The notes under the pieces are model-generated. The model saw only the letters and a list, made by a program, of their open reading frames with translations. It was not told the origin of the DNA and searched no databases. DNA of 64,000 nucleotides. Origin: Verrucomicrobiota bacterium. GTDB lineage: Bacteria > Verrucomicrobiota > Lentisphaeria > Lentisphaerales > Lentisphaeraceae. Location: contig JBDKFG010000024.1 in NCBI GenBank assembly GCA_039798785.1, forward strand, positions 1-64,000, written 5' to 3'. This document shows, piece by piece, positions 27,944 through 38,641 of this stretch. A program made the position numbers and the translations under genes. The first letter of the stretch is position 1; each line of letters begins with the position of its first letter.

Positions 27944-29177
27944 GGGCGAGTCTCCGGTTGATGCTGGCCTTGACGACATAGAAGTCGATCAGAGGAGAGA
28001 AGACGTTCATGAGGAGGATGGCGAGCATCATGCCCTCGGGGTAGGCCGGGTTGATGCAGCGGATGACCATGCACAGCACCCCGATGAGGATGCCGTAGAT
28101 CCACTTGCCGAGATTGGTGGAGGCGGCGGAGACCGGGTCGGTGGCCATGAAGACGGCGCCGAGGGCGAAGCCGCCGATGCAGGCGTGGACGACCGGGCCG
28201 AGGGCGAAGACGGTGCCGTCGATCTGGCCGAGGGGGTGGAGGGTCATCAGCCAGGCGGTGCCCATCAGGCCGGCGACGCAGCCGAGCATGACGCGCCAGG
28301 AGCCGACGCCGGAGATGATCAGGATGGCGGCGCCGATCAGGCAGCACAGGGTCGAGGTCTCGCCGATCGAGCCGGGGAGATAGCCGATGAAGGCGGTCTG
28401 GATGTCGACATTGAGACCGGAAGCCGGTGAGAAGACGTCGAGAGGGACTCCTTCGGCGGCCTTGTTGACGTTGGCGCCGGCGATGCCGAGCGGGGTGGCG
28501 CAGGTGAGGGTTTCGCCGTTCGGACCGGCGACCCAGACCTTGTCGCCGGCCATCGTCACCGGGTAGGCGAAGAAGAGGAAGGCGCGGGCGGTGAGAGCGG
28601 GGTTGAGGATGTTCATCCCGGTGCCGCCGAAGATCTCCTTGCCGATGATCACGCCGAAGGCGGTGCCGACGCCGGCGAGCCAGAGCGGGATGGTGGGCGG
28701 CAGGGTCAGGACGATCAGGAGGCCGGTGACCAAGAATCCTTCGTTGATCTCGTGCTTGCGGACGACCGAGAAGATGACTTCGCAGATGCCGCCGACGCCG
28801 TAGACGACGATCAGCAGGGGCAGGACCTTCTTCAGTCCGAAGAGGAAGCAGTCGAGATGATCGCGCGAGCTGATCAGGTACTGGCTGTGGAGCTCGAGGT
28901 TTTTCGCCGCGGCGGCGGCGACGGCGCCGTGTTCATAAGCCTGCTGGCCGACGTTCCAGATGCCGAAGAACAAGCAGGGCAGCATGGCGACGACGACGGT
29001 GATCATCATCCGCTTCAGGTCGATCGAGTCGCGGATGTGGGCGCCGCGGTCGGTCTTCTTGTCGGTGACGAAGAGGAAGGACTCTTTCGCTTCGTAAAGC
29101 GGGTAGAGGCGTTCGTATTTGCCGCCCTTGGTGAACATGGGCTTGGCTTTATGGAAGATTTCTTCAAGGAATTTCAC
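27936..29177 (-). CDS. nqrB: Na+-NQR subunit B
   Basis: HIRDSIDLKRMM, KEIFGGTG, GSIGETS, FMATDPVS, YPEGMMLAIL. Confidence 0.96.
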   Translation of the reverse strand: MKFLEEIFHKAKPMFTKGGKYERLYPLYEAKESFLFVTDKKTDRGAHIRDSIDLKRMMITVVVAMLPCLFFGIWNVGQQAYEHGAVAAAAAKNLELHSQYLISSRDHLDCFLFGLKKVLPLLIVVYGVGGICEVIFSVVRKHEINEGFLVTGLLIVLTLPPTIPLWLAGVGTAFGVIIGKEIFGGTGMNILNPALTARAFLFFAYPVTMAGDKVWVAGPNGETLTCATPLGIAGANVNKAAEGVPLDVFSPASGLNVDIQTAFIGYLPGSIGETSTLCCLIGAAILIISGVGSWRVMLGCVAGLMGTAWLMTLHPLGQIDGTVFALGPVVHACIGGFALGAVFMATDPVSAASTNLGKWIYGILIGVLCMVIRCINPAYPEGMMLAILLMNVFSPLIDFYVVKASINRRLAHA

Positions 29178-29184
29178 GGCTTGG

Positions 29185-30531
29185 TCATCCTTGTTTGCGG
29201 TAGAATTCGATGCCTTCGCGGAGGACGTCGGACGCTTCAAATTTCGAAACGCAGACGAAGTCGCAGAGGGCGAGGTCCTCGGGGATCACTTCGAGGATGC
29301 CGAGGCCTTCGAGGGCTTCGACGTCCTGGGCGAGGATGCCCTTGAGGAGGTGGACGGGGTAGAGGTCCATCGGCAGGACTGACTCGTAGAGGCCGGTCTG
29401 GACGAGGGCGCGGACGCCGCCGTGGTAGCCGGTGTGGTGCGAGTGGCGCGAGCCCGGGGTGAGCCAGGAGAAGAAGGTGCGGGAGAAGGATTCGCGGCCG
29501 AAGCCGGGCTTCATCCAGCCGGCGAACTCCATGCCGGCGACTTCCGGGATGACCGTGACCTGCTGGTCCTTGAAGCCGAGGAACTGCTCGGCGCTGCGCT
29601 TGCTGCCGGAGAGGACGTCGCCGGAGATGATCCGGAAATCGCCCTGCTTGAGGCGGCTGCCGAGGAGGCCGTCGAGACGGGCGCCGGGGACGGTGCGCAG
29701 GTGGAGGTTTTCGCTCAGGCCTTCGCCGGAGAGGGCGATGATCTTCTGCAGGGCGACGCGGCCTTCGAGGAAGAGTCGGCCTATGGCGATGACGGCGCTG
29801 ACGTCGGCGGTCCACACCGTGTCGCCTTTGCGGATGCGGGCGACGTGGTGGATCTGGATGCCGGGGTTGCCGACCGGGTGGGCGCCGCTGAAGCGGTGGA
29901 CGACGACGTTGGCGGCCTTGACGAGGGCGTCGGAGGCGCCTTCGCCGATGCTCAGGTGGACCTTGCCGGAGGTGATCCGGCTGAGGGCGTTGAGGCCGGC
30001 CTGGAAGGCGGCTTCATGACCCTTGAGCTGCAGCTCGACGCTGGGGGCGAGGGGAGCGGAGTTGATCGCGGTGACGAAGATGTCGCGGGGCACCACGTTG
30101 TAGCTGGGGGCGAGGCCGTAAGGGCGCTGGCGCAAGGTCCCGAGAAGACCGGCGCGGCCGATCTGAGCGAGGACTTTTTCGCGGGGCAGGCTGAGGATGT
30201 CGCCGGAGCCGGAACGGGGGAATTCGACCGAGTCGCCCTTGCCGTCGGCCGAGATCACGACCTCCTGCAGGACGCGCTTGTCGCCGCGGCGGACTTCCTT
30301 CACCGTGCCGCTGACCGGCGAGGTGAAGCAGTAATCGGCGTGTTCTTTCTCTTGGAAGAGCGGCGTGCCGGCCTTGACCTTGTCGCCTTCTTTCACCAGC
30401 ATTTTGAAGCGCAGGCCGGGGAATTCGCGGCCGTCAACGGCGACTTCGACGGGAGTGGCTTCGGCCACCGTGGTCGAAGGCGCGCCGACGAGGCGAATGT
30501 CGTATCCCTGCTTCAGGTTGTAGTTGCCCAT
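29185..30531 (-). CDS. nqrA: Na+-NQR subunit A
   Basis: GYDIRLVGAP, GTPLF, FTSPVSG, EDLALCDFVCVSK. Confidence 0.95.
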   Translation of the reverse strand: MGNYNLKQGYDIRLVGAPSTTVAEATPVEVAVDGREFPGLRFKMLVKEGDKVKAGTPLFQEKEHADYCFTSPVSGTVKEVRRGDKRVLQEVVISADGKGDSVEFPRSGSGDILSLPREKVLAQIGRAGLLGTLRQRPYGLAPSYNVVPRDIFVTAINSAPLAPSVELQLKGHEAAFQAGLNALSRITSGKVHLSIGEGASDALVKAANVVVHRFSGAHPVGNPGIQIHHVARIRKGDTVWTADVSAVIAIGRLFLEGRVALQKIIALSGEGLSENLHLRTVPGARLDGLLGSRLKQGDFRIISGDVLSGSKRSAEQFLGFKDQQVTVIPEVAGMEFAGWMKPGFGRESFSRTFFSWLTPGSRHSHHTGYHGGVRALVQTGLYESVLPMDLYPVHLLKGILAQDVEALEGLGILEVIPEDLALCDFVCVSKFEASDVLREGIEFYRKQG

Positions 30532-30553
30532 TTTTTTTCTTTCCTCGGTTTAC

Positions 30554-30796
30554 TCAGGAGTTGTTCTTTCCGGTTTCATCTGACTTCTTGCCGCAGCCGC
30601 TGGCGGCATCCGCCTTGCCGCAAATCCCGCAGGACTCGTCCTGGGTGAATTTGTTGCGGGCGCTGCACGAACCCTGCACTTCTTCATCCTTGCCGCAAAT
30701 CACCTTCAGGCCGACGCCGATGAAGAGCAAAGCCAAGACCCCCAGCGCCGCGAGGACATTGGAGGAAATGGAGGCGATGATGAATTCAAGTGTCAT
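30554..30796 (-). CDS. nqrM: NqrM-like maturation factor (DUF539)
   Basis: TM helix followed by GSC..CGICG..C, directly upstream of nqrA. Confidence 0.75.
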   Translation of the reverse strand: MTLEFIIASISSNVLAALGVLALLFIGVGLKVICGKDEEVQGSCSARNKFTQDESCGICGKADAASGCGKKSDETGKNNS

Positions 30797-30984
30797 TTTT
30801 TGTGTTCCGAAAAACCGCCCAGAATGTAATCGCTCAAGCGACGTCTTCAACCGCTGCGGCAAATAAGCACCCAGGCTGAAATGCTAACTCTATTGCGCTT
30901 ATAAAATAAAGCCTTATTGATTCAACTTGGTGAATCGCAGCGTGGCGGCATCTTCTCGGCGCCTTAAACCCGAAGGATGCCGCG

Positions 30985-32250
30985 ATGAATTCCGAGCCTG
31001 TCCACCAGCCGTTCTACCGCTCGCTCTACTTCCTTGTCCTTGTGGCGGTGCTCCTCGGCGCGTCCCTGGGCCACTGCCTTCCCGAGACCGGAACGGCGAT
31101 GAAGCCCTTGGGCGACGGCTTCATCAAATTGATCAAGATGCTGATCGCCCCGGTGATCTTCTGCACCGTCGTGCTTGGCATCGCGGGCATGGAGAGCCTG
31201 AAGAAGACCGGACGGACCGGCGGGCTGGCGCTGCTCTATTTCGAAATCGTCAGCACCCTGGCCTTGATTCTCGGCCTGGTTCTGGTCAACCTGTTCCAGC
31301 CAGGCAGCGGCATGCACGTCAAGGCGGACGAGCTCGATGCCGGCAGCGTTGCCGCCTACACCGCGCCAGGCAAGATGCAGACGGCGCCGGAATTCCTCCT
31401 CAACATCATTCCGGGCAGCGTCGTCGACGCCTTCGCCAAGGGAGAGACCCTGCAGGTCCTGCTTTTTTCCCTCCTCTTCGGCTTCGCCTTGCACCGTTGC
31501 GGCGGCCGCGAATCGCCAGTCTTCTCCCTGATCGAGAAGTGCTCACAGGTTCTTTTCGCCATCGTCGGCATGATCATGTGGCTGGCGCCGGCTGGAGCCT
31601 TTGGCGCGATGGCCTTCACCATCGGCAAGTACGGAATCGGCTCCCTGGTCCCGCTGGCGAAGCTTATGGCCCTGTTCTATTTCACCTGCATCTTCTTCGT
31701 CCTCGTGATCCTGGGCGCCATCGCCCGCCTGCATGGCTTCTCGATCTGGAAGTTTCTGCGCTACATCCGCGAGGAGCTGCTCATCGTCCTCGGCACTTCG
31801 TCTAGCGAAACCGTCCTGCCCCGCATGCTCGACAAGATGGAAGGGCTGGGTGCCGGGAAATCCACCGTCGGCCTGGTCATCCCCACCGGCTACTCCTTCA
31901 ATCTCGACGGCACCTCGATCTACCTGACCATGGCGGCGATCTTCATCGCCCAGGCCACCGACACGCCTCTCAACCTGACGCAGCAGCTGACTCTCCTCGG
32001 CGTACTTCTCATCACCTCGAAAGGCGCCGCCGGAGTCACCGGAAGCGGCTTCATCATTCTCGCCGCCAGCCTTCCGGCTCTGGGGCAGGTCCCGGTCGTC
32101 GGGCTCGCCCTGATCGTCGGCATCGACCGCTTCATGTCGGAAGCCCGCGCCCTCACCAACCTGGTCGGCAACGGCGTCGCCACCCTCGTCGTCGCGAGAT
32201 GGACCGGCGATCTCGACCAGGAAAGGCTGAAGCGCGAACTCGAGGTCTGA
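30985..32250 (+). CDS. dctA: C4-dicarboxylate/H+ symporter
   Basis: [44 protein letters not shown]. Confidence 0.95.
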   Translation: MNSEPVHQPFYRSLYFLVLVAVLLGASLGHCLPETGTAMKPLGDGFIKLIKMLIAPVIFCTVVLGIAGMESLKKTGRTGGLALLYFEIVSTLALILGLVLVNLFQPGSGMHVKADELDAGSVAAYTAPGKMQTAPEFLLNIIPGSVVDAFAKGETLQVLLFSLLFGFALHRCGGRESPVFSLIEKCSQVLFAIVGMIMWLAPAGAFGAMAFTIGKYGIGSLVPLAKLMALFYFTCIFFVLVILGAIARLHGFSIWKFLRYIREELLIVLGTSSSETVLPRMLDKMEGLGAGKSTVGLVIPTGYSFNLDGTSIYLTMAAIFIAQATDTPLNLTQQLTLLGVLLITSKGAAGVTGSGFIILAASLPALGQVPVVGLALIVGIDRFMSEARALTNLVGNGVATLVVARWTGDLDQERLKRELEV

Positions 32251-32481
32251 GTCTGGCACCTGTGCTAGCCCGGGCCGTCTTCGAGTGTCGCGGAACTGGA
32301 GTTTATCGTAGCCCCGCCGCTTGATGCCCTGGTCGTCGCTCCTGCGGCTTTGCCCGGACCAACAAGGAATTCAAGAGCTAATGCCGACAATGACAATCAA
32401 TTAAGTCTCAAGATCAAGACCGCGGCACTTTGCCATTTGACGAAGGGACTATAGATTTGGCCCAATTTCCCGGAGGAATCC

Positions 32482-33783
32482 GTGCGCTTTCAATGTGAAC
32501 ACTGCAGCGGCATCATAGCCATCGACGACAGCGACCTGGGCCAATACGTGGGTTGCGGTCACTGCGACCAGCCCGTCCAAGTCCCCGCCGAGCGATTCGG
32601 CCCGAGCGTCGTGATCAACGACTACATCATCGAGAAACTTCTCGGCCGTGGCGGCATGGGAGTGGTCTACAAGGCCTACCAGATGTCTTTGGACCGCACC
32701 GTGGCTCTGAAGATCATGACCATTTCGAGCGAGCAGAACCAGGCTGCGATCACCGACTTCATCCGCGAAGCCCGCGCCGCAGCCCGCGTCAATCACCCCA
32801 ACATCGTCCAGGCCTACGCCGTCGGCCAGGAGGAGGGCGTCTACTTCCTCGCCATGGAAATGGTGGAAGGCAGCACGATGAAGCAGCTTCTCGACGCCAA
32901 CCAAAGACTCCCTCTTGAGCTCTGCCTCGACGTCACCCGCCAGGTTGCCGAGGCTCTCGGCCACGCTTGGAACGAGCAGAAACTGGTGCACCGCGACATC
33001 AAACCCGACAACATCATGATCGTCGGCGAAACCAACGTCGCCAAACTGATGGACCTGGGACTTTCCCGCTTCGCCAACGACATCCTCGCCGGCGGCGAGG
33101 AGAGCGACGAGATCATGGGCACGCCCCAATACATCTCACCGGAACAACTTGTCGGCTCGGCGATGGATTTCCGCGGCGACCAATACTCACTCGGCGCCAC
33201 CCTTTACCACTGTCTCACCGGCGAGTTCCCCTTCAACGGCCGCAATGCCGCCGACATCGCTCGAAAGCATTTGCAGGATCCGCTGCCGCCGCCCACCGTC
33301 CACGACGCCTCGATCCCCGATTCGGTCTGCCGCCTCCTCACCAAGATGATGGCGAAGCACCCCGACGACCGCTTCCCCGACGCCGCCAGCCTGGCACGGG
33401 AAATCGAAAGCATCAAGAAGCACTTGACCTCTTCGGGCAGCCAGGTCGGCAAGACCGGCTCGGGCCGCATCGTCTTCAAGGCACCGGCGAAACAGAGCGC
33501 AGGCAAGGCCTCCAACGGACCGGAAAAGGAATACCACGCCCACAAGACCTCAAAAACCGAAGCGAGAGTCAGTCATCGCCAAAGCTCCCGCAGCACCAAC
33601 GCCAATCCGGCCGCCCAGGCCTCGCGGCGCACCAGCATGCTTCCTGCCGCCCAGGCACCGCAAGGCCGACCTCAGCGCGCCCCGGCCCAGCAAGGCCCGA
33701 ACTGGGGTCTGATCGGCATGGTCGGCATGATCATCCTCGGCATCCTCATCGGGATCATCGCCGGGGTCAGCTCGAAAGGCTGA
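32482..33783 (+). CDS. Hanks-type Ser/Thr protein kinase with N-terminal Zn ribbon and C-terminal TM helix
   Basis: CEHC..CGHC, GRGGMG, HRDIKPDN, DLGL, GTPQYISPE. Confidence 0.93.
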   Translation: MRFQCEHCSGIIAIDDSDLGQYVGCGHCDQPVQVPAERFGPSVVINDYIIEKLLGRGGMGVVYKAYQMSLDRTVALKIMTISSEQNQAAITDFIREARAAARVNHPNIVQAYAVGQEEGVYFLAMEMVEGSTMKQLLDANQRLPLELCLDVTRQVAEALGHAWNEQKLVHRDIKPDNIMIVGETNVAKLMDLGLSRFANDILAGGEESDEIMGTPQYISPEQLVGSAMDFRGDQYSLGATLYHCLTGEFPFNGRNAADIARKHLQDPLPPPTVHDASIPDSVCRLLTKMMAKHPDDRFPDAASLAREIESIKKHLTSSGSQVGKTGSGRIVFKAPAKQSAGKASNGPEKEYHAHKTSKTEARVSHRQSSRSTNANPAAQASRRTSMLPAAQAPQGRPQRAPAQQGPNWGLIGMVGMIILGILIGIIAGVSSKG

Positions 33784-33790
33784 TGAACGC

Positions 33791-34636
33791 ATGAAGATCC
33801 TCCACTTTTCGGACATCCACGAAGGTGATTGGCCCCGGTTTCCCGGGGCCTTTTTTGACAAACGCTGGATCGGCGCCTTCAACTACATGCTGCGCCGCCG
33901 CAGTCACCATCATTGGCCCTATCTCGAAAGAGCCCTCGAAGTCTGCCGGCAGGAAAAACCCGATCTCGTCATTTGCACAGGCGACTCCACCTCCTGCTCC
34001 GATCCCGGCGAATTCGCCAAAGCCAGGCAGCGCCTAGCCCCCTTCGTCGAGTCGCGCGATTTCGACTTTCTTTGCATTCCCGGCAATCACGACCGCTACA
34101 CTTCCCTGCCGGCAGCCCGCCAGGCTTGCGACCAGTTCCTCCTCTGGGCCAACAAGGACCGCTACCGGCCCAGCCCCCTGCCGCAGGCCCTCGATTTCCC
34201 CGGCCTCCGGCTCATCCTCCTTGATGTCTGCCGCCCATCCCTTCTCGATTCCTCCGGCCTGCTCAGCAGGGAAAATGCGAAGCTGACTCTCGAACTCGCC
34301 CGGCAAGGACGCCTCCTTGGGCTCGCCCCGATCAGTGTCCAACACTATCCCTTGCGCAATGCCGGCGGACAGCCCCTCGCCCGGCGCCGCGCTCTCCATG
34401 GGGCCGAGGTCCTCGCCGACGGCCTCGACTCCGGACTCCTCCTCGCCAGCCTCTGCGGGCACGTGCACCAACCTTTCCACCGCCAGGAACGCTCCGGTTC
34501 CCACGAAATCTGCGCCGGATCCCTCACCCAGTTCGGCCATCTCGCCAGCATCGCAATCACGGACGACGGCTTGACCCACTCCTGGATCAGACTCAGCCTC
34601 GAGCCGCAAAACCTCGGCCCCACAAGGATGCCCTGA
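33791..34636 (+). CDS. Metallophosphoesterase
   Basis: HFSDIH, TGD, PGNHD, HYP, GHVH. Confidence 0.88.
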   Translation: MKILHFSDIHEGDWPRFPGAFFDKRWIGAFNYMLRRRSHHHWPYLERALEVCRQEKPDLVICTGDSTSCSDPGEFAKARQRLAPFVESRDFDFLCIPGNHDRYTSLPAARQACDQFLLWANKDRYRPSPLPQALDFPGLRLILLDVCRPSLLDSSGLLSRENAKLTLELARQGRLLGLAPISVQHYPLRNAGGQPLARRRALHGAEVLADGLDSGLLLASLCGHVHQPFHRQERSGSHEICAGSLTQFGHLASIAITDDGLTHSWIRLSLEPQNLGPTRMP

Positions 34637-35217
34637 TGAAGCCCTTCACCCTGCCCCTCGCCGCTCCCGCGCCCGACTTCTCCCTGCCCAGCACCGACGG
34701 ACACCAGGTCTCTCTCGCCGACTTCACCGCACCCCTGCTCGTCATCTTCTTCACCTGCAACCACTGCCCCTATGTCACCGGCAGCGACGAAGTCACCCGC
34801 CGCAGCGTCGAAGCCTTCCGTCCCCGGGGCGTCGATTTCCTCGCCATCAACTCCAACTCCGCCGAAACCTACGCCGAAGATTCCTGGGAGCAGATGCTCC
34901 GCCGCATGACCGAACAACGATTCCCCTGGACCTACGCTCACGACCCCGATCAAAGCGCTGCCTTGGCCTACGGCGCCTTGCGGACTCCGCATTTCTACAT
35001 CTTCGATGCCGGCCGTCGCCTCGTCTACACCGGCCGGGGCGTCGATTCGCCTCGAGACTCCTCCAGGATCGCCATCAATGATCTCGACCGGACGCTGGAA
35101 GAGCTTCTTGCCGGCCAGCCCCCAAGCATCCCAATCACCAATCCCATCGGCTGCAACGTCAAATGGAAAGGGCAAGGCCCCAAGTGGATGCCTGCCGACG
35201 CCTGCGACCTGGTCTGA
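34636..35217 (+). CDS. Thioredoxin-like (AhpC/TSA) protein
   Basis: [28 protein letters not shown]. Confidence 0.9.
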   Translation: MKPFTLPLAAPAPDFSLPSTDGHQVSLADFTAPLLVIFFTCNHCPYVTGSDEVTRRSVEAFRPRGVDFLAINSNSAETYAEDSWEQMLRRMTEQRFPWTYAHDPDQSAALAYGALRTPHFYIFDAGRRLVYTGRGVDSPRDSSRIAINDLDRTLEELLAGQPPSIPITNPIGCNVKWKGQGPKWMPADACDLV

Positions 35218-35225
35218 GTGCCACA

Positions 35226-35329
35226 GTTTAAAGTTTAAAGCTGGAGCAGCAGTGATGAACTCCCTTGAATCTGACTCGCCAGAATCTGCATACAATCAGC
35301 ACCGTCTCGATCAACCTTAAACTTTAAAC
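35226..35329. repeat. Gene-less inverted repeat of heptamer units (GTTTAAA)
   Basis: gtttaaagtttaaag ... ccttaaactttaaac. Confidence 0.6.
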
Positions 35330-35341
35330 CGAGCGCCTTCC

Positions 35342-36385
35342 ATGATTCTCCTCGGCATCGAATCCAGTTGCGACGACACTTCCATCGCCCTCGTTGAGGA
35401 CGGCAAGCGGGTTCTGTCGAGCATCGTCTCCTCGCAGATCGACATCCATAAACTCTACGGCGGGGTCGTGCCGGAGCTGGCAGCGCGCGAGCATCTGGTC
35501 AATCTCCGCCACACCTACAAGGCCTGTCTCGACGAGGCCAAGGTCGACCCGGCGTCCATCGACGCTGTCGCCGTCACTGCCTGTCCCGGCTTGCTCCCCG
35601 CCTTGCTGGTCGGCACCAGCTTTGCCAACGGCGTCGGCGCCGCCCTCGGCGTCCCGGTCCTCGGCGTCCATCACCTCGTCGCCCATGTCTGCGCCGTCTT
35701 CCTCGACCACAACGAACTGCCCGAGGACCCCTCGCGGTTCCCGATTCTCGCCCTGCTCGTTTCCGGCGGCCATAGCCAGCTGATGAAAATCGACTGGGAC
35801 GGCTCGATGACCATCCTCGGCAGAACCCTGGACGACGCGGCAGGCGAAGCCTTCGACAAAGCCGCCAAGGCCCTCGGCCTGCCCTATCCCGGCGGCCCGG
35901 TCGTTGACCGCTTGGCCAAGAGCGGCAATCCCGAAGCGGTGAAGTTCCCCCGCGCCCGTCTCGATCGAGACAGGCACCGCTTCGACTTCTCCTTCTCGGG
36001 ATTGAAGACCTCGATGCTGACTCATATCAAAGGGAGGGAGATCGCCGACGATCAGCTCCCCGATCTGCTGGCCTCTTACCAGGCTGCCATCGTCGACGCC
36101 TTGGTCGACAAAACCCTTGATGCCGCACGGCATTGCGGCGCCCGCAGTCTCGCCCTCTGCGGCGGCGTCGCCTGCAACTCCGCCCTCCGAGCCCGCCTCG
36201 GCGCAGGCGCAGGCGCAATCGGCCTGAAGCTCCATGTCGCCAGCCCCAAGCACTGCACCGACAACGGCGCCATGATCGCTGCCCTCGGCTGGTACCAGCT
36301 ACGTGCCTCCGGACAGCCAAGCCGTTGCGTCGAAGCCAGCGCCAGCTCCCCGGATGAGCTGCGCATCCCGTTCCTGAGAAAATGA
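35342..36385 (+). CDS. tsaD: tRNA N6-adenosine threonylcarbamoyltransferase
   Basis: LGIESSCDDT, GGVVPELAAREH, LVSGGHS, DDAAGEAFDK, CTDNGAMIA. Confidence 0.97.
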   Translation: MILLGIESSCDDTSIALVEDGKRVLSSIVSSQIDIHKLYGGVVPELAAREHLVNLRHTYKACLDEAKVDPASIDAVAVTACPGLLPALLVGTSFANGVGAALGVPVLGVHHLVAHVCAVFLDHNELPEDPSRFPILALLVSGGHSQLMKIDWDGSMTILGRTLDDAAGEAFDKAAKALGLPYPGGPVVDRLAKSGNPEAVKFPRARLDRDRHRFDFSFSGLKTSMLTHIKGREIADDQLPDLLASYQAAIVDALVDKTLDAARHCGARSLALCGGVACNSALRARLGAGAGAIGLKLHVASPKHCTDNGAMIAALGWYQLRASGQPSRCVEASASSPDELRIPFLRK

Positions 36386-36484
36386 TGATATCGACTCAAT
36401 CGACACCTTATTCCCTCAAGACTTGCATCGCCGGGTCTTTCTGCATATACTGGATGCATGGACATCCAATGCGGAGACTTCGAT

Positions 36485-37174
36485 ATGAAGAGGCCATTCA
36501 CTCTGATCGAGCTTTTGCTGGTGGTGACGGTGATCGCCATCCTGCTCTCGCTGCTCCTCCCGGCACTGCGCGGAGCAAGAGAGAAATCCCATCTCGCCAC
36601 CTGCTCCAGCAATCTGCGGCAGATCGGCATGGCCCTGCAGAATTTCTCCGGTGACAATCAGGGCAACGTCCCCAACAAGATCAGCGGCACGATGTTCAGT
36701 TGGGTCGGAAAGGCCGGAACCAACACCACCCTCAGCGTCACCACCCGGCCTTTAAACGCCTACCTTGGCTACCGCACCAACGGCAGCGAAGTCCCGGTGG
36801 CCAGATGCACCAAAGACGAAAAGACCGGCGCCGGCAGCTACGCCGGCTCAGGCGCTTCCTACTCGTCGAACACTATCACCACCATGACCGGCGGCCGCAC
36901 CTCGCTAGTGACGGCCACCGGCGCAGGTCAAAGCATTTCCGGATCCGCCGCTCCCTCCCAATTGATTTCGATGGCGGAATACGGCACCTTCGACGCCGGC
37001 TGGAACAACCGGAACTACGCCGCAATCGCCCAGTGGGATCTGCACGAATTCAAATACAGCCGCTTCAACTGCCTCTACTTCGACGGCCGCACCGAAGTCA
37101 CCATGATCTTCGCCAGCTCCAACGGCACCAGCCAGGCAAGCTGGGACTACACCTATGAATACCAAGGGCTCTGA
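36485..37174 (+). CDS. Prepilin-type N-methylation / H-X9-DG-like protein
   Basis: FTLIELLLVVTVIAILLSLLLPAL..CSSNLRQIG; H..NCLYFDG. Confidence 0.88.
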   Translation: MKRPFTLIELLLVVTVIAILLSLLLPALRGAREKSHLATCSSNLRQIGMALQNFSGDNQGNVPNKISGTMFSWVGKAGTNTTLSVTTRPLNAYLGYRTNGSEVPVARCTKDEKTGAGSYAGSGASYSSNTITTMTGGRTSLVTATGAGQSISGSAAPSQLISMAEYGTFDAGWNNRNYAAIAQWDLHEFKYSRFNCLYFDGRTEVTMIFASSNGTSQASWDYTYEYQGL

Positions 37175-37207
37175 AAAGAGCCTGGAACTCCATAAAGCGG
37201 CTTTCAG

Positions 37208-37978
37208 ATGAACACCACTTTGATCGCGTTGGCCATCGGCGGCCTCGGAGTCACCTTCGGCCTCCTCGGAAAAAAGAGGCCGCTGCTGAAATTCCTCGCC
37301 ATCCCCCTCTGCCTCTGCGGCGTGACGCTGGCTCTCCTGCAGATCAACTCCCATCCCGAAGCCGAACGGATCAACCGCCTTGAGGCCGCCTACTTCCATG
37401 CCCAAGCCGAAATCCTCGCCGACGAACTAGCCCTGGCCAAGGCTAAGAAATGCCTGATCGTCCATCCTCCATCCAGCGACGGCAAGTCCGGCTTCGAAGG
37501 AGACCTGCTGAATGCCTTCAAATCCCGCGGCTTGAGCGTCAGCCTGACCATCCCAAGCTCTTGGAAAAAACCCAAGACCGAGACATTCGAACCCTATTTC
37601 GAAGGAGCCTCGCTCCCTCCCATCCTCAAGCTCAAAGAATTCGACGCCATCATTTTCACCGCCGGCCTGCCGCCTCCGCCTGAGCTGGCCGAAGTGCCGC
37701 GCTTCGCTCCGGATGCCGATCCGGCCCTGTTCAAACCCAAGCTCTACGTCTTTAATGGCGACGATCCCGGCCTGTTGCCCTTCGTGCACAGCGGCGCCCT
37801 GACGGGCATGGTCAGCTGGCGTCCGAAACCATCCGCGATCAAAGATCCGATCGATTCGTTGAGCAGCCGCCAGATCTTCGATTCCCGCTATCTCCTTGTC
37901 CTCCATGGAAAACTCAAAGACCTAGCCGCCTCGGAAAAAGATTTCTACCCCAAGATCCTCGGTGGACTGCAGGACTGA
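37208..37978 (+). CDS. Hypothetical membrane-anchored protein
   Basis: 256-aa ORF with two N-terminal hydrophobic segments. Confidence 0.65.
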   Translation: MNTTLIALAIGGLGVTFGLLGKKRPLLKFLAIPLCLCGVTLALLQINSHPEAERINRLEAAYFHAQAEILADELALAKAKKCLIVHPPSSDGKSGFEGDLLNAFKSRGLSVSLTIPSSWKKPKTETFEPYFEGASLPPILKLKEFDAIIFTAGLPPPPELAEVPRFAPDADPALFKPKLYVFNGDDPGLLPFVHSGALTGMVSWRPKPSAIKDPIDSLSSRQIFDSRYLLVLHGKLKDLAASEKDFYPKILGGLQD

Positions 37979-38115
37979 AGCAAAAACCGGCAAGCGCCTT
38001 CCTTGGCTCCCGACTCGACCGGGAGTACCAGGATCCTAGATCTCTAGGTAGGTTAGACCGCTTGGCGGATTTTCATGAAGACTTTTTGCCACGTGATTTC
38101 GTGTCAAGGGGCACC

Positions 38116-38243
38116 GGAAAGAGTCTGAAAAATCCGGCAAGGACGGTTTGTCTCAGCCGGAGCGGAGTCACGGGTGCGGGGCCTTCTGCTTCCCTCCGCG
38201 TCTTCTGCTGGTTCCGCTTCAGTTCCGCCGGAGTCCGATTAGC
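38116..38243. repeat. Second copy of the degenerate dispersed repeat (cf. 481-645)
   Basis: Colinear similarity to 481-645 with an internal deletion. Confidence 0.6.
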
Positions 38244-38277
38244 AGGAATACATCTTGATTGAATCGGACGGCGGAGA

Positions 38278-38305
38278 TTGACAAGCGGATTCAGCTCATT
38301 AGCTT
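38278..38305 (+). promoter_or_regulatory. Putative sigma70 promoter
   Basis: TTGACA-N16-TAGCTT upstream of the FmdB-type gene. Confidence 0.45.
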
Positions 38306-38353
38306 CGCAGTCATTTACCCCAGTCCCAGAGTTCAATTGAGGATCGCCATAAG

Positions 38354-38623
38354 ATGCCGACCTACGACTACCGCTGCGAAAGCTGCAGCCATCACTTCAC
38401 CACCATGCACTCGATCGCCGCCGCACCTTTGTCAGTCTGCCCTTCATGCAGCCAACCCAAGCTCAAACGACTCATCGGCGGCGGCGGCGGCGTTCTCTTC
38501 AAAGGCGGCGGCTTCTACCAGACCGATTATCCCAGCGCCAGCTACAGCGCCGGCGTCAAATCCGACTCCGGGAGCTGCAGCCCGGGCGGTTGCGGCGCGC
38601 CCCAATGCCCTTCCTCCAACTGA
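38354..38623 (+). CDS. FmdB-family zinc-ribbon protein
   Basis: MPTYDYRCESC..CPSC..FKGGGFYQTDY. Confidence 0.9.
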   Translation: MPTYDYRCESCSHHFTTMHSIAAAPLSVCPSCSQPKLKRLIGGGGGVLFKGGGFYQTDYPSASYSAGVKSDSGSCSPGGCGAPQCPSSN

Positions 38624-38641
38624 TCCACCAAGGAGTTTTTC

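Noticed and set aside
32254..32270. Sigma54 promoter TGGCAC after dctA
   Set aside because: The GG-to-GC spacing is 11 nt rather than the required 10.
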